Positions 37,400-51,030 of a stretch of DNA of 64,000 nucleotides are shown piece after piece. The position numbers and the translations under genes were made by a program. Location: the NCBI GenBank assembly GCA_977016875.1, contig CDRNST010000067.1, positions 3,038,001 to 3,102,000 of the forward strand, in the 5' to 3' direction. The notes below the pieces were generated by a model, which was not told the origin of the DNA, searched no databases, and saw only the letters and a program-made list of their open reading frames with translations. Within the stretch, counting starts at the first letter, position 1. Every line of letters begins with the position of its first letter. The stretch comes from Pavona decussata. Taxonomy: Eukaryota.

Positions 37400-40300
37400 T
37401 AATTATTATTGCCAAACAAAAGAAGAAAAGGGAGCAAAAAGCAAAGGAAACTGAGAAAATCCACCATCTAGACCTGGAGTTGAAGGCAAAGAAATTGGAG
37501 ATTGCTGAGAAGAGAAATGTGTGGAGGGCAAAGAAAAGAGGGCTAAAGTTGCGACATCTGGAAACAAAGGTACTGTGAATCATTGTCATTACCTAGAAAA
37601 TGAGATCATTACTACTGTCTGAGAATGGTTGAGAGATTTTTTAATTCCAGGGCTTAAAACCTTTCACATACATGTACAGTCTATGTATAATGTATCGATA
37701 TTGTATTTGACTCCCCTGGAACACCAATGAGACAGAATACTAGTAGTTTCCATCCTCCCACTCCCCAGGAGAAAGTCGATCAATGTAATGGAGGGACGTC
37801 TGTGCAGTATGTTAGACTCATAGCAACCGTCTTAATCTTTAGGTAGAGGAGGCAGTTAGGGACATAGAAGAGGTAGAGGAAATACACTGTGAGCTGAGGG
37901 CAGATGTAGGTACACAAAGGAAGAAAGCTGACAAGTATCCCCCATCTAAGTCATTAAGTGAACGAAAGAAAAACCCAACACAACTGGCTGGCAGCTTAAG
38001 TCCATCTGCAGATAGAAAGAGAAGATCAGAATTGTTTGAAGCTGCATGTCAGATAAATGGAGGAAGCAACAAAAAGAACGGCCGAGTACCAGAAGAAGTG
38101 GGCCTGTGTAGTACTACTGTGAAGAAATGTTATGGGGAAATGAAAGTATCGGGCCACATACAGGGATAGTAGTTATAAAAGGAATAGTGCTGAGGTTGTG
38201 CACATTGTTGTTAATTGCTGTCCTGTCCCATTATTAAAGTGTATTGACATTGGTCAATTTTATAGTGCAAGGGAGACACTGTGTCAAGGACTTGAAGAGG
38301 AGGAGAAAGTGGATGGTATTATCGGGACATAAAATAGTTGTTGTTTTACCTTGTTAAATTTTATCTTTGTCAGAGCAGGTATAAGCTGGAATGGTTTCGA
38401 GGCGAAGTCAACACATTCCATGTTTCTTGGTGGTGATGGAGCTACATTTGGCAAAGATGACACTGCTTGTACCTGGCTTGTCAGTTTCCTTAATATAGGG
38501 CAGAGGAGTCCTCAGCAGTACACTTTTATTATTTAAGAAAAAACTCAAGACTTTCCTTTTTACTAAATTTATTGAGAGTAACTCTTTATCGTATTTTTTA
38601 AATTTTAGATTCTAGTCTTTTTTTTAGGTACTTTGCTAGTCTTAGTTTTCTAAGTTATTTTTTGGGTAAATTTTTTGTAAAGCGCCTTGAGCAAATAATG
38701 GATGTGTGCACTATATAAATGAACCATTATTACTATTATTATTATTATTATTATTATTGTTATTATTATTATTATTATTATTATTAAGCTCGGTACACAC
38801 ATGCGTAAGAGGCTCCAGGACACCTTTCCACAGAATTCCACAAGGGGATTTCATCGATGACTGTCGCCTAAATGCTGGCCAAGCGTGTGTCCTTTGATTT
38901 TCTGTGAATTGTTTTTTTTTTTTTTTTTGGAATCGGAACTTTTAACTTGTAAATAGTTTGGAATATGTTGATTAAGATGTTGTTTTTTATTATTTTTATT
39001 ATTATTATGACATTTGTATTTTCTTTTGAAAAGTTTGTGCTTGAAAATTAGTCTCAAAATCGGAATGAATTGTAAATAGGTTTTAATAGTTCTTTTCTCA
39101 ACTTTTAACTGTAAATAACAATTTCAGCTGCTTGGTATATGTTAATAAAGATTATTATTATTATTATTATTATTATTTTGTTTGGGGCCAATTGCGAGTA
39201 GGATTGCATTCCAGTTGCACGTTTTCTAAAAAAGGTTGTAAGTGATATCAGTGATTTAGAGAAGAGCACTTTTTCTTTAGACTGTAACAGCGACTTCAGA
39301 GATGTTAAATTTAAAATTTCAGAACTACTAAATGACATGAAAATGTTGGCATTCCTTGCTGGCGAATTATCTAATGCTGCAATGTACTTTTAAACCTTTG
39401 TAGATGTTAGCAGTGACACTATAAGTAAACTTGATGGCGCATTTGGATTTACTGGAAAGGAAGTGTGGACTCGCTGCAAATATGAGACCAGAATAAATGT
39501 TGCTAAGCAGGTTGACACTTTAAAAAAGTACCTGGCAAAGAAGCAAATGGCTGCATCCACTCGTCGATCTAAAATAACATCTTTTATTGCGCGAAAAAAC
39601 AGCCGCCAGGAATTTGAGCCAGTTGTATGTAAATTGATTGACCGGGCACATATGGATCCACTGCACTTAAAGAATAATGCTTGTGCACGAGCTCATCAGC
39701 AAATGTGAAATGAAGTCATTGCTATGTCAAAACTAACTGACGAAGTTAATTCTTTTTCGCAGCGGCCTGCACAGTCTCCTTTCAACAGGTACATTGTAGC
39801 TATGCGTAAATGTGGGTTATCCAGGTTGGCTAAAAAGGTCACTAAATGGTTTGACGACAGTAAGGCTAATGGCAAATCTTTTGATTATCACTTTACAGGG
39901 AAGAATTCTAGGCTGTTTTTGTTACATTTTATGTCATAGATTTCAGCCATTGAATGCAGTGCTAATGCTCATGGCAGAGAAGCCATGATTCTCCATATTA
40001 TTGCTTACATTTGTCTTTGTTTGAGGGACTGTGTGTCTCTTTTCAGTCGCTTAGATATATCAGATGAACAGGTGAGTGAACTGAAAACCCTCTGCACAAA
40101 TTACTTTAGAGCAAATGCCATTTTCTTTCATGTAAATCCAACAGTCTGGACCATTGTTCATCTTGTACCTGCCCACACCGAGTACATGAAGGGAAAGTAT
40201 GGGCTTGGCCTTGCTCTCAACTCATGGAAGGGCGAGAGGCCAAGCATGTGTTCATATCAAAGTACTGTCAGAATAGGTTTCATTCCAGATGGGAACAGAT

Positions 40301-40530
40301 CTTTCTTCACGGATTTGTTTCTCTTTTGTGGTTGAAGAAAGAGGTTATAATTGTTCTAATGTGAATTCTTCCACCCTGTCTTATATTCCTAAGTAGGTGA
40401 TCAATTTAGACCCAGTATTCTGTTAGGCTTCAGAAGGAAAAGTCAACAGATGAGAAGTACAGAGTGTGTTCTAACAATTTGCAGACCAGAATCGAGTCAA
40501 GTGTTAAGAAGGGAAGGAACTTGCTTTAGA
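37400..40530 (+). pseudogene. RAG1/Transib-like DDE transposase relic, spliced and interrupted
   Basis: GGDG (D1), NDMKML (D2), DPLH, FTGKNSR, VPAH, (fs)MEGREAKH (E); insertion at about 38525-39170. Confidence 0.65.
38570..38785 (+). mobile_element. L2-type 3' tail with (ATT)n
   Basis: GTAAAGCGCCTTGAG...CTATATAAAT followed by ATT repeats. Confidence 0.6.
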
Positions 40531-41150
40531 TCACTTAGTGGTACATTACGTGGTGACTCACAGTCAAACAAAATTTGTTTTCATATGTAGTTTGTATCAG
40601 TAAGTGACATCATTCTGTTCGGATGTATTCTTTTTGTGGCAAAATAAACAAAACTGAACTAAAACTGTGAGTCTGTGGATGAGATCTTAAAAGTGTGACC
40701 ATTCAGATGAAAGCTGCTGACCAGTACTTTCCTGTGGTGCTGTTCTGACATTATGTTCATATACCTTCCCTTTCACTTTAACAACAGTATGCACAGCCTT
40801 TTAATTAGCTTTAAATATTATTAATATCGTTATGGATACTGGGGTTGCCATGGAAACAGCATATTGAATGTTAATCTGGTTCAATAAATCGTTTCCTTTG
40901 TTTCTGTGTATAGTTATGTTTAATAATAGAACATTTTCAGAAGGGCAAACAATTTATTTGTTCTTTTATTTGCATGTTAATTAGCCGTTCTGACCTCATT
41001 GGCACGTGTAAAAGTAAAAGAAAATTTCTTTCAAACTATGCCAGAGAGGATAATTTACATACATACAAAATAATAAAAAAAGGCTGCTGTTATGGTAAAG
41101 GTCTATAAGTATTTAACTAAAAGGATAATAAATAGAACTCTTTGAACATA

Positions 41151-41397
41151 TTTTGACCAAGAAAGGTCAGACATTTTAGCTTAGTATTTATTGACACAAC
41201 AGCATAGTGATTGTATATGTGAAAGCTGTTGGACATGAACTTTTGACCAAGAAAGGTCAGACAGTTTAACTTAGTATTTATCGACACGACAACATAGTGA
41301 CTGTATATGTGAAAGCTGTTGGACATGAACTTTTGACCCAGAAAGGTCAGACATTTTAGCTTAGTATTCATTGAAACAACAGCCTAGTGATTGTATA
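41151..41397. repeat. 90-bp minisatellite, about 2.7 copies
   Basis: TTTTGACC.AGAAAGGTCAGACA recurs at 41151, 41241 and 41331. Confidence 0.92.
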
Positions 41398-42229
41398 AGC
41401 CGTTAGTTGCCGTTGATAAGGATACACTAATTTTTAACCTCCAATGTGGTCAGTGATGTGAAAGAAATTCTTGGCTGCTCATACAAGGCAAGTGGAAAAA
41501 TCTACAGAGGATGGAAGGTGCCTCCTTCAGTAGCCCCCTTCCATAGGCTACCCACCCACTCCAGTTGCTCTAGCTCCACTTGGAAACTGGTAGTAGTTAA
41601 AAAATTATAATAGGACTTAGTGAAGTCCAATTCAGTCTGTAACCATACAGTGATCTTACAAAATTGGACAACGGCCTAACGGAGTCCAATTTGTTTAATC
41701 ATGAGTTAAGTATGATTACAGACAGAATTGCATAACACAAAGGTCCATTGCCAATTAATCATAACTAAAACAACATCTGAGATAATAATTTGTGATACTT
41801 TCAACTTTTGTTTAATCAAAATACAATATTTCTCCAGAGTTTTTTGCTAGATATGAGAAAAAAACGACAAAAGAACCCATTTAACCCTTTAATTCAAAAT
41901 ATCAACATCCATCTTCTCACTATTCTTTACATATTTATTTTGTGATTAGTTGGGTTAATTTGTGTAAACCTGAAAACATTTCATCCTAAGTGATCATTTC
42001 CTTTATTCTCATGACTTGCGGGTCCTGTCCTATTACAGCTCGCACAATTAGGTACATACAACTGTCCAATTACTTAGGCATGATGAATACTGTCATATTT
42101 CACTGTACTATTAATGCTTAAGTCAGGGATACAAATAGCCAATAAGATTAGGGAAAATATTCCATCACATTTATTTCAATTTTGTTATGGTTCTGATTAT
42201 CTCAGAATAGGGAACTTTGAATTCTCAGT

Positions 42230-42500
42230 CAAAAAACTCAGACCTCCTTCACTTGAGCAGGGAAGACAAGAAGGGGAGAGAACCCAACGAAAGAGAACCG
42301 CCCTTATGCATAGAAATTCCAGAAAAGGCAGAAAGTGTGAGCCCCAAATGCACCTCGATATGCAAAGGCAATCCAGGTGGACTCTCATGCAGCAAGATCG
42401 TACTGGTAGGCATCTACAACGAAGACTGTCCCCATGACGTACATTGAGTTTAAGCAAGCGTAGATGATCAAAGCAATTCATGGTTAACTACACCAGTTTT
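42230..42500 (+). mobile_element. Small BEL/Pao pre-protease fragment
   Basis: KCTSICKGNPGGLSCSKIVLV...DDQSNS. Confidence 0.55.
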
Positions 42501-42519
42501 AGCAGACAAGCTGAACGCT

Positions 42520-43040
42520 AAAGGTCCTGATTGGAAGTAATACCTTGTATAAAACCTCTGAAGAAAATGACGGTTACAAAGCAATGAAGTTTTACATAGC
42601 GAAGTTGAATCCTAAAAACAATGCATTTTTCAATATGTGAAGAAGCAGTGGAATTATGATGATGAAATTTGGTACGATGCACGACCCATCGGTGTCAACG
42701 AGCTCAACAACATGACGAAAAGCATCAGTGAGGCAGCAAAACTGTCGAAAGTCTACACCAACCACAGCATCAGGGCCACTGTGATCACCTTGTGGTCAAA
42801 TGCCAGTATCTGGTCACCATAGTGAGCAGAGTTTAGCGCACAAGCAACACAGTCTTCCACTTCTCAACTGCAACGCTGCAGTGAAGTTCTGTCAAGAAGT
42901 CTCACAGCTGAAAGTCCCTTTTCTTCTGGCACAGCCATAAACACCCGCACCCAAATTCATGAACAGATCGAGATGACAGGGGCAACAACATCAAGCAGCT
43001 ATCTTGGATCGCTCTTCAACAACGGCACGGTACAACAAGC
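42520..43040 (+). pseudogene. Second Crypton/DUF3504 tyrosine recombinase fragment
   Basis: YIAKLNP, WYDARPIGVN, SKVYTNHSIRATVIT, SGH.SEQSL. Confidence 0.75.
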
Positions 43041-43833
43041 TCATGTTTTTTTTTTTTTAATTTATTAATTGACAATACAATCCATTACATTGCCATACAT
43101 ACAATACAAATATACAATAGTTAATAGTAATAATAGCTAACAATAGTTAATAATAATAGTTTTACAACACCGCAATTAGTGCCGGGCAACTTCTTACATT
43201 TCATTTTTTTTCCTGTTATTTCCACAGTTACACAGTTACAGTTTACATATAGTACGTAATTTAACATAACTGTGGACTTGATCTTTAAAGAATCGTTTCC
43301 TCAAACATTCTCCATTTTTTCCTAAACGAATTGGTCTTATTCGATTTAAGAGAAATGTGCCTTTCAGTTTGATATTTATTTAATAAAATTCTCTTAAAGT
43401 GGCTAAAAGATGGTTTCGTTTCTTTACACCAGCAAGTCCACAGATACGTTTTTCCTAAAATAAGTATATAGTTTTGCAGATCCATCTCCTCCTCTAAGAA
43501 CCCTAAAATAATCTCACAATATTTTAAAGAGAGGCCTATGCAACTGTTTAGTTTATTTAAAATTTTGTCACAAACTTCATTCCAAAAGGAGGTCGAGAAA
43601 GAACAATCAAAGAAAATATGAGATATCTTCTCTATTGTGTGATGACAAAAGGAGCAGTTGGGGTTAGAAGCATAGCCTATCTTACAAAGTAATTCATTTG
43701 TGTATAGAATTGAATTTAATACTTTATATTGAAAGGAACGTAGATAAGGTTCATTTGCGGCTCTCAGTGGCATCACAAATGCCTCCGAAAGTTGCTTATC
43801 CTCTAGATCTAATTCCTCTCTCAACTTAGCCCA

Positions 43834-44276
43834 TGTTGAGGCCCGCGCTCAACACCCACTTTCCGCTCAGCGGCCTTCCCTTTGAGGACCTTTGATGTAC
43901 CCTAGAATTTTGATTACTAACGCAATAACAAAATCAATCTCTGTGATCGTCGCCTGTGTTAGTCACTCATGTTTTTCGAAGCCCCTTTTTCTTCTGCCTT
44001 TTTTGTCCACCTTGGATCGTTCGCTAATTGTCGATACTAGGTAAGAAGTGTTGTCAAGTTTATTAGTGATTTGCTGTGATTTCCGTAGATTTGTGTTATT
44101 TTTGGATTTTCACCGTGAATCGGGCGGCCCGCGTGACCTTAGTGATTTGTATTATTTGCAGAATAAAACGGAGTTTCCAGAAGATATCCAAGCCTTCTTG
44201 GTCAATTTCGTCTCAAATAAAACTTCGTCAAATTCATATCGATTGGGATAGGCCTCACCTTTTGGGCGCCTATTCA
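43834..44276 (+). repeat. 5' LTR (443 bp)
   Basis: TGTTGAGGCC...GCCTATTCA; about 96-97% identical to 51031-51476. Confidence 0.97.
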
Positions 44277-44464
44277 TGGTTCTATTCTAGTAATTGTTCA
44301 TCGCCTCGATAACAATTGCAAGATCGTTCGCGCATCGAGTTTCACAGGCACAAACAACATCGCGCACGTGGTTCGGAGAAACTGTTCAATCCTGACAAAC
44401 GCCAGTTACCATTGGAAGGAAACCACAGCATTCAACGAATTACCACAACACATTGTAAAGCCCC

Positions 44465-47400
44465 ATGTATCCGCTCCTAGTGGATATGGCAAACAGACAC
44501 GGCAACAAACGAGAGTCGCGCCCATCTGCACTACTAAACCATGAAGATGTGAGACGGGAAAGGGCGATCGCCTTAAAACGTTCGCGCGCCGGCCACCTAA
44601 GCGCTACCACCGACGCTCGACAAGAAGTCGAAAAGCTCATGCAGGATCACTCAGACGTCGTATTGATAAGGGAAAAGTTCAATGAATACGAAGCCCAATG
44701 GAAAAACTTTGTTGTGTCACACAATAAGTTTATGGATTTCGCGACTCCCGATGAACAAATTGAGTGCTCTAAACAATTCGACGCCCTAGCACAACTCAGG
44801 ATAAATTTCTCCTCGACTGTGGAAAATTTTATATGTAACGCTGCAACTGCCCTTAACGAACACGTGATGGAAAACCTTCAAGAAATGTCCAGCCATCTCC
44901 GTGGATCTGTAAAGTCACGCACTTCCGGAACGTCACGTAATTCAGCCAGCGTTACTAGTTCAAAGGCCCACGCACGAAGGCTTGAGGCCGAAAAGGCTCA
45001 ACTGGCTCTTTTCATCGCGGAACAAGAAAAACAAAGGCTAGTGGAAGCAAAAATCAAAATGCTCGAATTGGAAAGAAAACAACGTGAATACGCAACGATG
45101 AGAGAACTTCAGGAAGAAGAATTAAAAGGCATTATGAGGTTGGAATCCCTCAAAACCGAGGCCGATGCTAAGCTCGCTGAAGCAAGGAAAACAGCTGCCC
45201 TGATGGATCTAGAAGTCAAAATTGTCGATGAAACGGGAGACGGATTGTCGGACATGGAGACATCATCTGTTTTCGGAACCAGTGAAGTCCGTAACGAACC
45301 TGTCGCGTCAACGCCCACGGGTTACGCCCCACCTGTTTGCGGTAATCTTCCAGCGCTGACATGTGGCGTCTCGACCTACACTTTGACTGTCCCGAGTACA
45401 TTGGCTCCCGATTCCCAACAGACAACTGCCACTGTACCAGTATTCTCTGCGATCCAGAGGGTGTCCACTGAGACGATTGTCACCCCTGCCCACCAGCCTA
45501 GGATCAGCGCTTCAACAGCGGCTGGCAATAGTCCCGGTCTACCTGCAGTGAGCAGCCTTTCTCCTTGGGCCCCACCCTTTCCAGATCCATTAGCCCAGCT
45601 AAGTTCGTGTGAACCGGCAATTACCAGGGTAACCGTTGCCCCTGCCCACCCCTCTGGAATCAGTGCTTCAGCGACAGGCCGGCGGCAAATGGTCTGAATC
45701 TACCTACAGCAGACAACCTTTCCCCTTTGGCGCCGCCTTTTTCAACTACATCCGCGCAGCAAACTTTGAATGGACCCGATTTCACCAAGGTAACTAGCAC
45801 CCCTGTGTACCCTCCTGGATTTGGTGTCCCATCGACAGCAACTATCAACGGTTTTCCTTTTACCCAGTCCTATTCACCTCCATCTGCGAGGCCAATCTCT
45901 CATGCAGAGTCTAAATCGTCCACTCACGATGAAGTCCTTGCGCTTGTTGTGTCGACTATGAAGGACATTTCAATGATGCAACAAACGCTTGCATACAATC
46001 AAAGTCTCCCGCCCATTCATTTCCAAAGGTTTAGTGGCATGCTGGAGGAGTTTCCCCTGTTTAAACAGCGCTTCAAACGCATCGTAATGTCGCGGGAACA
46101 CCTGGACGAGGAGAGCAACATGACCCTTCTGTTGCAGTTCCTTGATGGGGAGACTAAAGAAGCTGTGTCGGGACTCGAGACAGTTGCAGGCGGCATCCAC
46201 GAAGCTCTGGCGATCCTTGACCAGAGATACGGTCGACCATGTATGATTGTTGGTTCTGTTGTTGCCAACTTAGTCAAAGGACCACCAATCGCAAGCGGTG
46301 ACAAGAGTGCCCTCTGGAAGTTCGCCGATCAAGCCACGAGGGCCCTAGCCACCCTGACATCCATGAACTGTCTGGCAGAAATAAAAACAAGGAAACATCA
46401 TGAGCATGGCAGCGCGTCTGCCCAAGCCACTCCAGGACAAGTTCGCCGCTCTAGCGTATGACCTGGAAGCGAAGGGCCAGCGGTTCCCAACCCTGGCTAA
46501 CTTTGTTAACTTTCTCACCAGACATGCGAACATTGCCAACCACCCCATTAGCGGCAAATTCCAGCAGTTCAGCTACAACAACCCTATCAAGAACAGAAAA
46601 CTGCTGCCCAGTGGGAAACAGGAGCCACCGAAATTTACAACAATGTCAATCAGCAATGACAGCAAGACCACCCCACAACCATCCAGGACACCTCAGAAAA
46701 ACGGAAGTGCCAGTTCAAATAGCTTTCGATGTTGTGGCCAAGCACATCCATTGTACCGGTGCAAAGAGTTCAAGAAGAAGACACCACAAGAGAGAGCGAC
46801 CCTTGTCTCCTCAAAGAAAATGTGTCCCAATTGTCTCAAGAACACTGAGCATTCAACAGACACCTGCACCAGCTCCTTTAGGTGCCGGATTCAAGGGTGT
46901 GGTGCATTCCACCACTCTCTCCTTCACCAAACGCAACTTCACGTGAGCATATCAGAAGACCACACCACAGATGGCCCAACTGCAGCAGTCGACACCACAG
47001 TTTCAGTTACCTCCTGTACCACCACCAGGACTGATGAATCGGGCACCATTCTCTTGCAGGTCGTACCCCTGAGAGTTGTCGGTCCTAACGGTTTAACCGT
47101 AACCACTTATGCAATGCTAGATTCTGGATCTGAAATCACAGTGGTGGACCCGTCACTCGCTAGTTTCCTGGGACTCAGTGGCCAACCAGACCGTTTGGTC
47201 TTCTCAACCGTAGGTAATCACAATGAGCCTCATGACGGAGAAAGAGTAAATCTTGCAGTGGAGTCACTTATCGACGACCATCCCCAACAGCTTCAACTAC
47301 AAAGGATGTGGTCCGGGAAAGCACTAAGCATTCCATTGCGCCACCAGTGTATTGCCACCAACAAGTCAAGATGGCCACATCTTCACGATGTTCCCTTCCC

Positions 47401-50400
47401 GGAAGTCCAGCGACAGAAGGTCTTGCTTATAATTGGAGCTGATGTAGCTGAAGTGTTTGTCCCCCTGGAGGTTCGGTACGGAAGCGCAAACGACCCTATC
47501 GCTATCCGTTCCTGTCTTGGCTTCGCTGTTCTCGGCAGAATCGGTGACAGACCAACACAACAGCGGTATGATGTTCACCACATTCACACAGGAGCTTGTG
47601 ACCTGACACTCAACCACCAAGTTGAACTGTTCTGGCAGTCGGAGTCCCTTGGCATCGAACCCTACAAGTCGTTGTCAGTTGAAGACAGGCGTGCCGAGCA
47701 GATCATTGACAAAACAATTTCTAAGACAAATGGACACTACAGCATGGGTCTCCTGTGGCAAAAGGAACGTCCCAGCCTTCCTTTCAATCGCCCAATGGCT
47801 GAGATACGTCTGCGCCACCTCAAGCGACGCCTGGAACGAGACAAAGATCTTCACGTAAAGTATTGGTCAGTCATTGACGATTACGTCGCCAAAGGTCATG
47901 CCCGCAAGCTCACAAGGGAGGAAGCTCATCAGAGAAGTAACAAGACCTGGTACTTACCTCATCACCCAGTTATTAACCCAAACAAGCCAGGCAAGATCCG
48001 CGTTGTTTTTGATGCAGCTGCAAAGTTTCAAGGCACCTCCCTGAATGATCAGCTCCTGCAAGGTCCAGATTACATAAACAACCTAGCTGGCGTCCTCATG
48101 CGGTTCCGACAAGAAGAGGTGGTCCTCATTGCAGATATAGAGCAGATGTTCCACCAAGTACACGTGCCTGCCGAAGACTGCGATGCCCTTCGATTCCTTT
48201 GGTGGAGTGGGAACCTCAACGAGGAACCTGAGGAGTACCAAATGCAAGTGCACATATTTGGCGCTACGTCCTCCCCTTGCTGCTCCAATAAAGCCCTGCG
48301 ACAAACTGCTGATGATCATGAGGACAAGTACGGCAGAGAAGTTGCAGAGTCCGTCCGCCGTAATTTCTATGTCGACGACCTTCTCAAGTCTATCCAGACC
48401 ACCAACCAGGCCACTACCCTGGCGGTTAACCTAATTGCCATGCTGAATGAAGGTGGCTTCCGTCTGACCAAGTTCTTGAGCAACCGGAGAGAGGTTCTGT
48501 TGGCACTTCCGTCCCAAGAAAGGGCCAATCCAACTCTCAACCTTGAGTTAGACAGGTTACCAATCAACTGCACGCTCGGTCTACACTGGGACGCAGAGAG
48601 GGATGTCTTCTGTTTTAAAACTGTCTCCACGGACAAAACAGCCACCAAGCGCCGGATTCTCTCCTCCATCAGCTCGCTCTTTGACCCTCTCGGATTTTTG
48701 TCACCCTTTGTACTCCCTGTCAAGGTGTTGATACAAGATCTCTGGAAAGAGAAGGTCGGATGGGATGATGAAATCCAAGATCACCATCGGAAGATTTGGC
48801 AGCAGTGGACACATTCTCTTCCACGATTCGAAGATATTCAAATACCTCGCTGCTACCGGGAACCAAGCATGCTGACCAACAGCACAGTCCAACTCCACAT
48901 GTTCAGCGATGCAAGCGAGTATGCCTACTCAGCCTTGGCATACTTAAGGTTGAGTGACGTCCACAGCGGCCAAACTCACTGCTCCTTCGTCTTTGGAAAA
49001 TCTCGCAACGCCCCCCTAAAGAGACCAACTATCCCACGTCTCGAGCTCATGGCAAGTCTAATGGCAGTCCGAACGAGCAACCTCATCAGAGCAGAGCTGG
49101 ACCTTCCTATCGACAGTGTGGTCTTCTGGACCGACTCACTGACTGTGCTTCAGTACATCAAGAATGAAACCAGACGGTTCCATCGTTTTGTTGCTACCCG
49201 AATACAAGAGAACCACGAGCACACCACCCCTGATCAGTGGCACCACGTCCCCGGAGTCCTGAACCCAGGTGATGTGGACCAGACTTCCTCTGGCGGACAG
49301 AAGATCATTGGCCTCGCCGTGAAGTTGGCGACGTCGTAGAAGACGACAAGGAAGTAATCGCCCCAAAGGCCAATCAGAACACCATAACCATAGCAACTGG
49401 TTCCCCCTTGGATGAGTTGCTGAGGAAGTTCTCTTCATGGCCCAGGCTAGTCCAGACTGTAGCATGGCTCATGCGCTTTGTCCACTTCGTGAAGTCCAAA
49501 CGCAGTGTACCGCCTACAACAAAACCTTGCAAGATCACCCTAGCAGAGACATACGCCTCCTCGAGGGCAATCACGAGGACCGTCCAACGTCAGTATTTCC
49601 AGGAAGAGTTTGATGCCTTGGAGGCCAAAAACCCGTTGAAGAAAGACAGCAAGTTGAGTGCTCTCTGCCCAGTTCTCATCGACGGTACGATCTCTGTTGG
49701 AGGTCGACTACCACGCACCGGTAACTTCTCAAGCCATCCACCCTCTGGTGATTCCAAGTGAGCATCCCATTGCCACATTGCTTATCCGACACCACCACGA
49801 GATCCTGGGACATGCAGGGCGGGAACACGTTCTGTCGATGCTGCGACAAAAATTCTGGATCCTCAACGCCCGCGCACTGACCCGACGGATACTCCGTAAC
49901 TGCATAAGCTGCCATAGGCGTCACGAAGGCGTGATGAACCAGATGATGGGAGACCTACCCAGAGCTAGGCTCACGCCTCACGAACCTCCATTTACCTACA
50001 CTGGGCTTGATTTCTTTGGTCCCTTCTATGTCAAACACGCTTGCAGCACGGAGAAGGTATATGGGTGTATCTTTGTCTGTCTCACGTCAAGGGCCATCCA
50101 CATCGAAGACGTTGGCGTTAGATCACTCGAGACAGACGCCTTCATCCAAGCCTTACGCCGCTTCATCTGCATCCGCGGCGCAGCAAAAGAGATCTGGAGC
50201 GACAATGGTACAAACTTCACCGGAGGGGAGAGAGAACTCACAGTTGCCATTCAAGATTTGGACCAGGAGATCATCCAGAGATCCCTACATGAGAAGGATG
50301 TCGAGTGGCACTGCCAGCCACTCAAGAAGTGGCACTTCCAGCCCCCGACTGCGAGTCACATGTCTGGAGTGTGGGAGCGACTTATCAGAAGTGTCCGCAA

Positions 50401-50920
50401 AACCATGAAACCTATCCTTGGCCACCCGCACGCCTTCGTTGCACGAGAGACCCTCAGAACCGTATTTGCTGAGGCAGTCGGGATACTAAACAGTCGGCCC
50501 TTATGCCCAAGCAGCGACGACCCAAATGACCGGGAACCAATCACGCCCAGTCATCTCCTTCAGCAGCATCAAGGGATGTCCTTGCCACCCGGAGCCTTCC
50601 AAGAAGAGGACCTGTATTCCCAAAAGCAATGGCAAAGAGGTCAAATCCTTTCAAACCACTTCTGGACCAGATGGCTGCGCGAGTATCTGCCCCTGCTGCA
50701 AGAACGTAAGAGGTGGATCCTCAAGCAACGCAACTTAGCAGTCAACGACCTCGTTCTTGTAGTCAAAGAGAATGCCCCACGCGGTCAGTGGCTGCTAGGC
50801 CGAGTGACGCGAGTTATTCCTGGGACTGACGGCTTGGTCCGAGCCGCCGAGGTCAGGACAGGAAACTCAACACTCCTGCGCCCTATTTCCAAGCTGTGTC
50901 TCTTGGAGGAGTCGAAGTAA
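44465..50920 (+). pseudogene. BEL/Pao gag-pol polyprotein (frameshifted): gag, 3 Cys/His knuckles, PR, RT, RNase H, integrase
   Basis: CCGQAHPLYRC, CPNCL..H...C, CRIQGC..HHSLLH; LDSGS; YLPHH, RVVFDA, NFYVDD; FSDAS; [20 protein letters not shown]; RPISKL. Confidence 0.95.
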
Positions 50921-51017
50921 CCACGAACAGCCCGAAGTGAACCCTGAACATTGAACTCTGTTTTGAGCTATATTCATAATATGTTTTGTTGAACGCTAGT
51001 TTAAGTTTAGCTTGTTC

Positions 51018-51030
51018 AAAGGGGGGAGCA
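51018..51030 (+). promoter_or_regulatory. Polypurine tract
   Basis: AAAGGGGGGAGCA directly before the 3' LTR. Confidence 0.85.

Noticed and set aside
38650-39338. Poly-Leu/poly-Ile ORFs resembling signal or transmembrane peptides
   Set aside because: Translations of (TTA)n microsatellites.
41151-41397. CRISPR-like array or repeat protein ORF 41117-41371
   Set aside because: Contiguous 90-bp units with no unique spacers, no cas genes, eukaryotic context.
44048-44312. Duplicated small ORF (also 51273-51518)
   Set aside because: Lies within the two LTRs; no coding evidence.
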